Under the pieces are notes generated by a model. It saw only the letters and a program-made list of their open reading frames with translations. It was not told the DNA's origin and searched no databases. Below are positions 1 to 10,200 of a stretch of DNA of 26,527 nt, piece after piece. The first letter of the stretch is position 1. The number at the start of each line of letters is the position of its first letter. This stretch comes from a virus (lineage: Duplodnaviria > Caudoviricetes): positions 1-26,527 of the IMG/VR virus record IMGVR_UViG_3300026546_000017; one strand, 5' to 3'. The position numbers were made by a program, and so were the translations under genes.

Positions 1-9
1 TAATCACCT

Positions 10-32
10 GAGAGCCCCATGTTGGGGTTCTC
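10..32 (+). terminator. Intergenic stem-loop GAGAGCCCC-ATGTT-GGGGTTCTC (terminator or processing-type hairpin)
   Basis: 9-bp stem with one G.U pair just after a TAA at the window start; near-identical hairpin at 1553-1574; no clear U-tract. Confidence 0.5.
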
Positions 33-56
33 TACATAATTAGCCAGAAAGGATAT

Positions 57-434
57 ATGATGGCATATTTTGATGGAGTTAAGAGACTACAAGTAGGCTC
101 TGATGGCGGACTGGACACCAATGGTGCCAAGGTAGCTGGAGAAGGATATGATATTAATGTGTACTACAATATCGAAACTGAACGTCTCGAAGAGAACAAA
201 GATGATTTTACAATGCCTGGTGCAACAGGAACAGGCAACAGTATTACTATCTTTGAGGATGGCGTAGAAGCACCTGGCGTACCAGATGAGCTAAAAAGCA
301 ATGATAATTATGTATTTACTGCACAAAACCCAGAATGGGAAGATGTAAAAACAGACACAACTGGCGATGGCGCTGCTGACACCCCAAATGACTTAATGTC
401 TAGCCTCAAAGCTAAACATATACCTGTAACATAA
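57..434 (+). CDS. Small acidic putative virion protein (paralog of next gene; possible capsid decoration protein)
   Basis: AAGGA RBS at 49-53 (start may be ATG at 60); shares MAYFD..QV.SDGG...NG.KV.G and QNP.W.DV with 445..840; lies upstream of the gp55-like gene, where N4 has the major capsid gene. Confidence 0.6.
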   Translation: MMAYFDGVKRLQVGSDGGLDTNGAKVAGEGYDINVYYNIETERLEENKDDFTMPGATGTGNSITIFEDGVEAPGVPDELKSNDNYVFTAQNPEWEDVKTDTTGDGAADTPNDLMSSLKAKHIPVT

Positions 435-444
435 AGGATAAGCA

Positions 445-840
445 ATGGCCTATTTTGATGCTTTAAGACAAGTGCAGGTAAGCTCAGATGGGGGAGTAAA
501 AGGAAATGGGGACAAAGTTATTGGAACTAGCGACACTTTGCAGTTCGCCCACAACATAGAGGCCGGAAGAATACCAGAATACAAAGATGATTTTTCGACC
601 CAAAAATTTCGTGTTCTAGATGTAGAAGAAAACTGGGACTACCATGTTAATAATGCATCCGTATTTCAAAATTGGGGGAATTACGATAGTTCCTTATTCT
701 TAGAGAACAACAACAACCATGTAAAGGTTCTTCAGAATCCAGACTGGAATGATGTAGCTTCGGAAGACAACAACGGGGATATATATACAGAGCGTCAAAT
801 GTCAAAAGTGGCAGCTGAGATATTTGGAGAATACTACTAA
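445..840 (+). CDS. Small acidic putative virion protein (paralog of 57..434)
   Basis: AAGGA RBS; same shared motifs as the previous ORF. Confidence 0.6.
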   Translation: MAYFDALRQVQVSSDGGVKGNGDKVIGTSDTLQFAHNIEAGRIPEYKDDFSTQKFRVLDVEENWDYHVNNASVFQNWGNYDSSLFLENNNNHVKVLQNPDWNDVASEDNNGDIYTERQMSKVAAEIFGEYY

Positions 841-850
841 ACCATAACAA

Positions 851-875
851 ATTGCAACCGCGTAGCGGTTGCAAT
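851..875. promoter_or_regulatory. Perfect 11-bp hairpin ATTGCAACCGC-GTA-GCGGTTGCAAT
   Basis: Perfect inverted repeat in an intergenic gap; GC-GTA-GC core. Confidence 0.55.
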
Positions 876-898
876 CCAATACAATAAAAAGGAACAGA

Positions 899-1546
899 AT
901 GACAAGAGATGAACTAAAAGAAAAGGCGACGAAACTGGATATTATGTTTCCAGAAAACATAAAAACAGAGAAGCTCAAAGGGCTTATTGCAGAAAAAGAA
1001 GCTGGACAAGAACCAGTAGAAACACCAGTAGAAGAAGACACTGAGTCTCTCAAAGAGCAAATGAGAGCTGAGATCAAGGCAGAGCTGGAAGCCGAGTTTA
1101 AGAATAAACTAAACAAGCGCATTGAAGACATCGAGATTAAGACAGTTGCATTTGGACGAAACAAAATAATCTCCCCAGCAGAAATAGCTAGACTTCAAAA
1201 AGAAGCAACGAGTCTCGTAAGAGTCAATGTGATTTGTAATGATCCCACGAAACAAGCGTGGGAAGGCGAAATCATTTCAGCAGGAAATGACGTGATTGGT
1301 GATGTTAAAAAGTATGTAAAGTTCAATACAACACAAGGATATTTCATACCAAGGATCATCTACAATGTCTTGAAAACAAAAAAAGTAACAATCTTTAAGC
1401 AGAAAAAGGGGAAAAATGGGCAGCAAACAACTACGCCAGTATTGATAAATGCGTTTAACACCGTAGAGCTTCCATTGCCAACTCCAGCGGAACTTAAAGA
1501 AATGGCAAGAGAACAAAGAGTAGCAGAACTGCAAGCAGACGCATAA
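899..1546 (+). CDS. N4 gp55-like protein with N-terminal HeH/LEM-like helix pair
   Basis: ATG 899 has an AAGGA RBS (ORF track starts at 869); EATSLVRVNVICNDPTKQAWEGEIISAGN..KKYVKFN..IPRIIYNVLK resembles N4-like gp55 as I recall it; synteny. Confidence 0.75.
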   Translation: MTRDELKEKATKLDIMFPENIKTEKLKGLIAEKEAGQEPVETPVEEDTESLKEQMRAEIKAELEAEFKNKLNKRIEDIEIKTVAFGRNKIISPAEIARLQKEATSLVRVNVICNDPTKQAWEGEIISAGNDVIGDVKKYVKFNTTQGYFIPRIIYNVLKTKKVTIFKQKKGKNGQQTTTPVLINAFNTVELPLPTPAELKEMAREQRVAELQADA

Positions 1547-1552
1547 AGATAC

Positions 1553-1574
1553 AGAGCCCCTCATGGGGGGTTCT
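1553..1574 (+). terminator. Intergenic stem-loop AGAGCCCC-TCATGG-GGGGTTCT
   Basis: Same stem as 10-32, directly after the stop at 1546. Confidence 0.5.
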
Positions 1575-1600
1575 ATTATCTTCATGTAGAGGTATAACAA

Positions 1601-2503
1601 ATGTATAATATTCCATATAACCACTTCCCACAACCAATCACAGTAGGTTCCCCTGAAGAAATAATTGGGGATTTTTATAGTACTCCAGAAAAATTTACTC
1701 CAGCAACAGACACATTAACCAATGATCATCTTCCGTATGAAGAAAAAGACCCAGATGAAATTAACCAGGAAGACCTAGAAAAAATACCTGTAGCGGCAAT
1801 AACAACCGAGTCAGTCAATGGGACAGGCATTTTCGACCATTTCATGAGAGCAATTAGGAACCAACTCCAACGGGAATGGGACGACGAAACAATAGACAAA
1901 ACACAATTTGTTGAAGCATATGTTTCGCAAATGCAGCCAACCTTGGAAAAGGCAATAGCCTACGCCAGGCTACAAATGGAAGCAAAAGTACAAGCAATGG
2001 CTTTACAGAAAATGGCACAAGAGATTGTAGAAATGAGAACAGGAGGAGCAGAAAGCAGACTCCAGTCAAGAGAAGGGACAAGGAAAACAGAAGCAGAAAC
2101 AAAATTGCTTATGGCACAAATGGCAGAGATGATGGAGAACGGAGCTTCAGAAAGAGAACTCAAAAAGTCTCAAATCCAAGTACAAGAGCAACAAGCTCAA
2201 CTGTATCACAGACAAACACTTGGCTTTGATGATAAGCGGAAAGCAGACATCCTAAAAGTTATGATGGATACCTATGCTGTAGTTGCCTCTGAAATTGATG
2301 GAAATCCAATGCCCCCACAAGTGTTTACAGGAACAGCAATTCATACCCTCGCTATGGATGTAATGAGCGACGTAGGAATCGCGGTAGGGGATAAAACAGA
2401 AAAAGCTCATTATTATAAAGGAGATGTAGGCTGGTTAACTGATGGCAATGGCCAATTTATAGCAGCAGACGAAAAACCAGTTGAATCAATCCCAACAGCA
2501 TAG
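1601..2503 (+). CDS. N4 gp54-like virion structural protein
   Basis: GAGG RBS; ITTESVNGTGIFDHFMRAI..QL..EW and QLYHRQTLGFD..K...DTY blocks with a coiled-coil middle; synteny. Confidence 0.72.
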   Translation: MYNIPYNHFPQPITVGSPEEIIGDFYSTPEKFTPATDTLTNDHLPYEEKDPDEINQEDLEKIPVAAITTESVNGTGIFDHFMRAIRNQLQREWDDETIDKTQFVEAYVSQMQPTLEKAIAYARLQMEAKVQAMALQKMAQEIVEMRTGGAESRLQSREGTRKTEAETKLLMAQMAEMMENGASERELKKSQIQVQEQQAQLYHRQTLGFDDKRKADILKVMMDTYAVVASEIDGNPMPPQVFTGTAIHTLAMDVMSDVGIAVGDKTEKAHYYKGDVGWLTDGNGQFIAADEKPVESIPTA

Positions 2504-2512
2504 ATATGACCA

Positions 2513-4765
2513 ATGTCAAGCGAATACGAATTTCACTCTTATTTGACGGCGAATCAGCTTCAAAAAGAAAGAGCGCAAAAAGACAAGAAGATAGTTGAGG
2601 TTATACTCGAAAAGAGCAGAACAGGGCTTACCATCTCAGATTATATGAGAGATGATATTTTGCATGGAGTAACTCATAGCATAAATAGATTCAATAAACT
2701 TGGGAAGAAGCATGGGTTCGCTGGATACTACATGTTTGCAGACCTAACGCATGAACAAGCAATCATAAAACACTACATGGTAGTTGATGGAGCGGTTAAC
2801 GCAGCAGACTTAAAAACAATCACAGAAATGAAATTAGGACTTATCAGCCAACTACTACAATCCCTCGCACAGCTGTCTCAAGACGGGCATAGACTACAAA
2901 AAAAAGAACATGTAGAACAAAACGAAACATTCTTTGGGTACATTCAATATGATGGGCATGAATGGCACATAAAAGAATATATTGTAGATGAAATTTCTGG
3001 CAACGTTATTATCTCAATGACAAGATGGGACGGAACAAACAAGATCGAAGAAGAATATGACACTGGCCTCCCAGGCAAATCAACGCAAGAAGGCGACAAA
3101 GAAGGAGTCGCCATTGAGTACAATACAAATACCGATGAGGATACAACACAATATTTCTTTTCAGAGGACAACAAATACGCCCTTATCGGGAACACTGCAT
3201 TTGAAGAAATGGAGATTATGCCATTTGTAGCACTCAAGGATGACTACAATAATGAAGTACCATATTACAGACTCTCAAAAACAAACGCAGAAAGGGTAAG
3301 AAGAGAAAAAGTTTTAAAAGCACTGAACATTGACCTTGTTGAAACATCAGAAGGAATATTTTCCTCACACAGTATCCCAGCAATAGGGACAGGAGAATGG
3401 AATATTCAATACGGGAAATGGTATAGACAAGACCAAGACCTAAAAGATCGGTTCAGCACAGAGGAAGAATACCACGATCACTTGGTCGCACAAAACCAAA
3501 ACCAAGCACAAAACACAAGGCAAATCTCTGATGTCCACATAGGATTTGCAGCTACCCCACTATTCATCAATGAAACAAGCGCATACGCTGCTTATCAAAC
3601 ACTACTACCACTTCTGCTCAAATATGAGGGGGCAGGACCAATTAAACTAAGAGTAGGATCACTTAAACAAGAATGGACATTCAGCGGTGTAAGAATAGTT
3701 CGCAAGCAGGGGGTTCCAAAGAATATTTATGACACACCAGGGGCTCTATCAAAAAAGAAAACCAAAGCAGGGTGGTACATAAAATCATTCTCAAAGAAAA
3801 AAAACAGTAATGGTGGTTATGTTAATGATGACACATATTTTACTGAAGAAGGGATAGGCGGAGATGATGATGACCCGATCTTGGAAAACATAATTGAAGT
3901 AGGGGATGTGAACCCCCCTGATGACACACCAAGAGAAAGAAAAACAGTATTTGAAATAAGAACGATTAGCGCTCCGCTTGAATACACAGAAATTAGAATT
4001 GTTGGATGGGTAGGTACAAGCGTAACAACACAAAGACACAATCCTGATTACCCAGATGGTGGGATCAGAGCAGTGTCTTCTGTAGATTTATGTGACATAG
4101 ATGACATAGCGACATACCTTAATGGGCTAGTAATCCCTCTAACATTTGACGCGTTCAAGACTCTCCCTATTTTTAAAAGAGATCGTCTTGCAAAAGAAAC
4201 ATTGATGTTGGTAGTTCAAGGGATAGCAGTAACAGAAACCCCTTGGTACGCAACAACTCTGTTCAAGATATTTATGATTATCCTTATTGTTGTCGCTACT
4301 ATTGTTTTCGCACCAGCAGGACAAGTAGGGTTTGCACTACTTGGGCTAGGTGTAGGGCTAGCAGTATCTTACGCATTGAGCTATATAGCGAAATTAGTCA
4401 AAAGCCCATTTCTTATGGCAATGATCACCTTTGCAGTGGGGTTCATGTTGATGGGAGGAATTGTCGGGCTTGTAGACATATTGTCTCTTGCGGTTGAAGC
4501 AACAGGGACATACATGAATCAAAAAATACTTTTAACTGAAATCGAAAACAATAAAAAGACAGAAGCAGCAAATATGCACAGAAATAAAATGGCAAGGGAG
4601 CTAAAGGAACTTGAAGACAAATTTGGGTTAAATAAAGAAAGCAATACCAAGTATCTACTATACCTAGCCTCGCTGCCTCCAGTAGAACATCCGAATGACT
4701 TCTTCGGCAGGGCATTAAACACAAATCTAAATGAAATAGATATGAAATCGCAATTTGAACTATAA
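2513..4765 (+). CDS. N4 gp53-like virion/ejection protein with C-terminal transmembrane cluster
   Basis: 750 aa; PWYATTLFKIFMIILIVVATIV followed by 2-3 more hydrophobic segments; position between gp54-like and gp52-like genes. Confidence 0.7.
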   Translation: MSSEYEFHSYLTANQLQKERAQKDKKIVEVILEKSRTGLTISDYMRDDILHGVTHSINRFNKLGKKHGFAGYYMFADLTHEQAIIKHYMVVDGAVNAADLKTITEMKLGLISQLLQSLAQLSQDGHRLQKKEHVEQNETFFGYIQYDGHEWHIKEYIVDEISGNVIISMTRWDGTNKIEEEYDTGLPGKSTQEGDKEGVAIEYNTNTDEDTTQYFFSEDNKYALIGNTAFEEMEIMPFVALKDDYNNEVPYYRLSKTNAERVRREKVLKALNIDLVETSEGIFSSHSIPAIGTGEWNIQYGKWYRQDQDLKDRFSTEEEYHDHLVAQNQNQAQNTRQISDVHIGFAATPLFINETSAYAAYQTLLPLLLKYEGAGPIKLRVGSLKQEWTFSGVRIVRKQGVPKNIYDTPGALSKKKTKAGWYIKSFSKKKNSNGGYVNDDTYFTEEGIGGDDDDPILENIIEVGDVNPPDDTPRERKTVFEIRTISAPLEYTEIRIVGWVGTSVTTQRHNPDYPDGGIRAVSSVDLCDIDDIATYLNGLVIPLTFDAFKTLPIFKRDRLAKETLMLVVQGIAVTETPWYATTLFKIFMIILIVVATIVFAPAGQVGFALLGLGVGLAVSYALSYIAKLVKSPFLMAMITFAVGFMLMGGIVGLVDILSLAVEATGTYMNQKILLTEIENNKKTEAANMHRNKMARELKELEDKFGLNKESNTKYLLYLASLPPVEHPNDFFGRALNTNLNEIDMKSQFEL

Positions 4766-4781
4766 CCACGAGGACAATAAA

Positions 4782-5612
4782 ATGAAATACAAAAACTCTC
4801 CATTTACAGCAGCAACTCAAAACAGCAGCTTCATAAAAGGGCAAACAAAATGTTGCCAGCCAAGGGTTAAAACAAGTGCAGAACTTGCTCTTACAGGGGA
4901 AACTCCAAAGGTAACATCAAAGCTCACATCAAAAACAAGTATTACCCCTAAAACAAAAACATCAAACAATATAACAAAAATTGCTACTGATAATTGGGCA
5001 CAAACAGCAGGACTAATTATCCAAGGGGTATCAACCCTTGCAAACGTGTATTTGGGGTTCAAGCAACTAGCCGTCGCAAACAAACAAGGAGCAGCAGCGT
5101 CCTCAAATGATAGGAACAATACATGGCTTGCAAAAGAGAAAATACGAAGCTATAAAAATAGACTTGCTGCACAAGCGCAGTACCAGATGCACAACCAGTC
5201 AATTGAAAGTGAAGCCCAGCTCAAGAGCCTATACAATTCCTCTGGTGGGCTGAATGCCCAAGGGCAAACCGTAGATTGGTCCCCAGACCTTACTTACTAT
5301 GATTGGAATAAGGGTGGGACGGCAGGTTTCAAGGAACAAGGAAGAAATGAAGCAGCATATAATGCATATCAAAATGAATTAAAGAAAGTTAACGGGGGGC
5401 AACAATCAGCCTTTGCCCCAACACAGACACCAAATAAAAAACTTGCAACCAGTACCCAAAGTGCAATGGGTACAAATGCAATTGGCGGCCCAGATACCCA
5501 ATCTCAAATTGTAACAAAACCTGGAGCAGTAGTAAGAAAAAAATCCTTGGGAGCTGAGCCTACAATAGAAAAAGAGATTAAAGACAAGAAAAGTCAATTG
5601 GCTATTGCCTAA
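4782..5612 (+). CDS. N4 gp52-like ejection protein
   Basis: ATG 4782 has a GAGGA RBS (ORF track starts at 4755); WAQTAGLIIQGVSTLANVYLGFKQLAVANKQ amphipathic motif; synteny. Confidence 0.65.
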   Translation: MKYKNSPFTAATQNSSFIKGQTKCCQPRVKTSAELALTGETPKVTSKLTSKTSITPKTKTSNNITKIATDNWAQTAGLIIQGVSTLANVYLGFKQLAVANKQGAAASSNDRNNTWLAKEKIRSYKNRLAAQAQYQMHNQSIESEAQLKSLYNSSGGLNAQGQTVDWSPDLTYYDWNKGGTAGFKEQGRNEAAYNAYQNELKKVNGGQQSAFAPTQTPNKKLATSTQSAMGTNAIGGPDTQSQIVTKPGAVVRKKSLGAEPTIEKEIKDKKSQLAIA

Positions 5613-5624
5613 AAAGGATCAGCT

Positions 5625-7190
5625 ATGGGATCAACATATAAAAGTAAATTAGAAAACGTAGGCTATATACCACAAACAAGTTATGAAGGGGTGAACGCAG
5701 CAACAAGAAATGCTGTAGCACTATTCAACAAAGCATCAGACAACGCCATGAGAATGGGACAAAACCTGGTTAAAATGGGGGAAGACAGAGCTGCTGACGC
5801 AAGGAGGATGGCACTACAAAAAGAAAGAGAGGCCGCAGCAAAAAGATTGCAAAAAGGCAGAGGAGGAGGAGGAGGCGGAGGCAAAAAGAAAGCAGAACCC
5901 GTTTCTGATGCAGACTTTATCGAAGCAATGGCGAAAAGGTTGGGCGCAGCAAAACCACCAGTTGTTATAATGAACCCAACAAAAAAAGAACTAGAGGTCC
6001 CTTTAAACAACCGTCTTACAGAAGAAATGTATGATAATGTCCCATATAACGAAAACAAAGACAAGACAACACAAGCGACAAGAGATGCAGAAGCAATAAT
6101 TGGGACAACTAAAAATGCAGAACCCCCAGTTACAGACAAGTTTACACCATTCTTACCAAAACAAGAAGAAGACACACAACAAGAACAAAAGCCTCAACTA
6201 GCCGACAAGTTTACTCCATCCCAAGAAAAGCAAGCTGCACCACAAAACACTTTTAATAATCAGCAGGAATATGATATTACCAAGGGAAGAGATACATCAC
6301 ACCCATTAAGCAACTATCTCAAAAAGCGTGAAGAAGAATTTAGAACTGAATTTGGTGACGGTAGCCCAGAAACTATAAAGAAAAAAATACAAGAAGAAGC
6401 CAATAAAAACGGGCAAGTTGTATTTTTCGTCAACAATGAAAAAGAAAGAAAAATAGTAACTGCAACAGCGAAGAAAGATTACTTTAGAAACAAAAAAGAT
6501 CAAGATATTCTTAGGGTCACGGCAGCATATAGAAAACTATTTGGAATAAAAAAATCTATTCCAAAATCAGTTCTTAATGCGTTAACATCAAAAACACAAG
6601 CACAATATGAAGCCGCGAAAGAAGAAGAAAAAAGAATACTATCGTGGGCAAAAAACGACGAAACAGAGACGAAAACTTTAGCAAGAACCAGAGCAGATGA
6701 AACACAAAAAGCAATAAGGTCGCTTAACGCTGCCGACGCAGCAAAAAAAGGTAAATGTGGGGAAATTACAGATCCAGTTACAAGACTAGAATGCGTCCAA
6801 AAAAGCGAAAAATTAGCGGAAAAAGAAAACAAAAAAGAAAACAAAAAAAGCTTCAAATCTAAACTAGTAACAAGCAAAATACTTCAAGACTATATAGGTC
6901 CATTGATGTATGATAGCGGACCAATGAAAGACTGGAGTGGTAAAACAAAAGACCTATATAACACTTTAGCGCCATTACTGATTGGGAAATCAACTACAAC
7001 AATGAGAAAAGCAATAGGCAAACTAAATTTCTCCAAGCCAGCAATTGCGGGGACATCAACTGTTAACGGGAACGCTTGGTGGTTCTCGAATGACGATTTA
7101 GACGAAATGAAAACAAAAGTAGGGAATTACATCAAAGACAGTAAAGCTGACTATAAAAATAAAATGGCAGCCAAAGCGAATAAAAAATAA
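5625..7190 (+). CDS. Putative gp51-position ejection/internal virion protein
   Basis: AAGGA RBS; 521 aa, helical, K/E/A-rich, poly-Gly linker; directly upstream of the vRNAP locus; assigned mostly by synteny. Confidence 0.5.
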   Translation: MGSTYKSKLENVGYIPQTSYEGVNAATRNAVALFNKASDNAMRMGQNLVKMGEDRAADARRMALQKEREAAAKRLQKGRGGGGGGGKKKAEPVSDADFIEAMAKRLGAAKPPVVIMNPTKKELEVPLNNRLTEEMYDNVPYNENKDKTTQATRDAEAIIGTTKNAEPPVTDKFTPFLPKQEEDTQQEQKPQLADKFTPSQEKQAAPQNTFNNQQEYDITKGRDTSHPLSNYLKKREEEFRTEFGDGSPETIKKKIQEEANKNGQVVFFVNNEKERKIVTATAKKDYFRNKKDQDILRVTAAYRKLFGIKKSIPKSVLNALTSKTQAQYEAAKEEEKRILSWAKNDETETKTLARTRADETQKAIRSLNAADAAKKGKCGEITDPVTRLECVQKSEKLAEKENKKENKKSFKSKLVTSKILQDYIGPLMYDSGPMKDWSGKTKDLYNTLAPLLIGKSTTTMRKAIGKLNFSKPAIAGTSTVNGNAWWFSNDDLDEMKTKVGNYIKDSKADYKNKMAAKANKK

Positions 7191-7200
7191 AAGGGATACG

Positions 7201-10200
7201 ATGCCATATTCTTCAGTAGAAATCGCAAGTAAAATTTTAGGGGCAGAAAACCCAGGATCAAGAATAGCATCGGAAGATTCAAATGACATTGGGACAACAA
7301 TGCAGAAAGAAGATGCTGTCATAGCAAGAGAAAAAGAGAAAGTACAAAAAATATATGGGAACCAACCTGTAACGTTCTCAACAGAAGAAGAAGTCGCAAA
7401 AGAAGAACAATCAGATCAAGGGTGGCAAACAGGAACAGTATATTCTATTATTGATGGAGACGGAATCTTCATCAAGGAAATGGAAGGGCAGGAACTACGA
7501 GCAGCAGGATATGATGCATCAGAAGTAGAACACCCAGGGGAAGACCACACTGAAAGAGAACAAAGAAATGCAAGAAGACTTGCAGAGTTGTGGGGGGTTC
7601 CAGAAGATTCTGTAACAACAGAAGATGTATATGAACAAGGGTGGAAAGACACAACAAAATTAGCATTTGAACTCACCAAGACAAATATAAATGAAAAACT
7701 TAAATTAGGGGACACATCCTACTACCGAACACATCCACCAGTGTACAATAATCTCAACATCCCAATACAATATAAAATCATAGACAAGGGGGTATACGGA
7801 CGACCAATCGTAATCATGAAGAACCCCGTCACTGGTGAAATTGTAAACCAGAGCTTTGACCTTCCTGGATACAGGATGGGGTTCAAGGATGCTGCAAAAA
7901 AAGCAGGGATGAAAACCTCAGACTATGTTGAGCCATTCCTCGCACCAAGTCCTGGTGCATACGGATCAGAAAAAAAATATGCGTATAAGCCTAAAAACTG
8001 GGACACAATGACCAATGTCCAAAGACGGGCATGGAACGAAAGATCTAAAAAATCACAGAACTATAATCAAGGGGCGTTTGAGCATGCCTTTAAATCATTT
8101 GCCGGAACAGCAGGGGCATTACTTGCTGGGGCAGGAGATGGCCTACTTGATTATGCCTCATCAATTTCTGATGAAGCTCTGGGAACTACATTTGGGAATA
8201 GTACGCTGTTTGAGGATTTTAAAAATGAAGATATATGGCAAAGAGCCATAGGCTATAATGACATAGAAGAAAAGAAAAATATAGCAGCAGTTGATCAATA
8301 CATAAAAAATGGGGACTATGGGAAAGCAGCGTTGCACTTCGTATCAAACGCAAAAGTCGTTGCTCCGCAAATGCTGGGATATTTAGTCCCAATTCTTGCG
8401 TCCATGCCTGTTGCCGCGACAGTATGGTCTTTCGACTTACTGTCAGACCAAAAAGATGCATACAAAAAAGCAACAAACAAAGATATGACCCTTGGGGAGC
8501 AAACAGGGGCCCTGTCTCTAAACTATGTGACATCATACCTTGAAGCAATAGTTGGAGGGAAAATCCTAGGCAAAGGGGGATGGGGCGTAGTAGGAAAACA
8601 AATGAAAAAACTCTTTAAGCCATTTACAAAAATGGTTGCTCCGCTCGAAAACAAAGCAGCATCAAAAGGGTTTGCAGAAGCAGCAAAATTAGCTGCTAAA
8701 AAAATCAATCCACAAACGCTAACTGGCCGAATAATAAAAAGAGTAGCGGACGCTCCTGTGGCAAAACTTAGTGCTGATGTAGTAATGGAGATTATTCAAG
8801 AAGAAACTGAAAACATTCACCAAGAATATTGGGCAAAAGGGGGAGACACAAAATATGACTCAATTGGTAAATATATTTCAGAAGTAGCAAAAGGTCATGT
8901 AATATCAAAAGACCAAGCAATAAGCACAGCAGTCCAAGCAGGAGTTGGGCACTTGATGATGAGACCCAAGGCTGTTGCAGTAGATGCAGCACGCATATCA
9001 GGGGTCCCATTCAAAATGGTAGGGAACCATTTTGATAGGAGGGAAGCAGCAAACCTTACAAGAGAAGATGCTGCTGCACTTCAAGTAGACAGAGCAGCGC
9101 AAGAAAAAGCAGCAAACGCAGGACACGCTGGAACAATGAAGACCCTTGAAGCACTAGATACTGCTCAAACAAAACAAGATCTCATCGATAGTGGTATCAG
9201 CTCTGATATATTGCAAAAGGTCAAAATAACAAACGGGGAAGAAATATACCAAAAACATACTGACTTGGCAGAAAATGCAGTAAAAACAACCATTGATCTT
9301 GTTAATAACTTTAGTGAAGACGGGAAAAGTGGGAGAGATAAAATTGCAACAGACAATCAAGTTAGAACAATCCTTGAAGCTTCTGGCGTTGAAACCAAAG
9401 GGAAAACAAAAGAAGAGCTCATAGATGATATTGGAGTAATGACTAATGAGCAAAAAGGCCGTTTGCTTGCAATAGTTGATTCTCAAGGTACAAACAAAGT
9501 CGGGGGTTCCTTAAATGGAATTGCAGCAGACATAAAGGTAGATACAGCACAGCAAGCAGCGCATATATCAAGAGCATACATAGCACAAGCAGCAGCCCTT
9601 AGAAAAAAATATGTACGCAACAAGAAAAAAACATCAAATGAGAATAGTTACTTTGTAAGACGAAGACAAAAAAAAGTTGATGCAGACAAGCTATTTCATA
9701 ACCTACCAAAACTAATCAACAAGGCAATATCAAAAGGGAAAACCAACTTTAGTTTTATGGACGACTTTTCAACTAAGTCTCTCATCAAAGCAAGACAAGA
9801 TTTTGCAGGGAACAAAGATGTTGTAGCAAGCATAGATACTGTGCTGAAATCAAGAAAAACAACTTTTAAAGAAAGAGCAGGCAAAGCAGATTCTCTCATC
9901 AACGAGGATGGGCTAGTCGGGATAACTGGGGAAAAAGCAAAAGACATTCGGACAATCAATGACGCTATTAACCAACACCCCACAGATGCCTTCACTATAG
10001 CAACGATTGGTGACAGTATTGACTCTCTTGCCGAAGCAAAAGTTATATCTAAAGCACAACAAAAAATACTTCATCAAAGACTTGAATCCGTTAGTGACAC
10101 TAGCTCATTGGTTTCAAAATTCAAAGAAGAACCCCCCACTTACTGGGTGGGGCAACTAAAGGCGCTTAAACAACAAGAAATTGATCTCAGAAAAAAACTG

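Noticed and set aside
700-720. AACAACAACAAC run as a possible DGR template repeat
   Set aside because: Just Asn codons inside ORF 445..840, with no similarity to the DUF1566 framework; I found no template repeat or RT in the window
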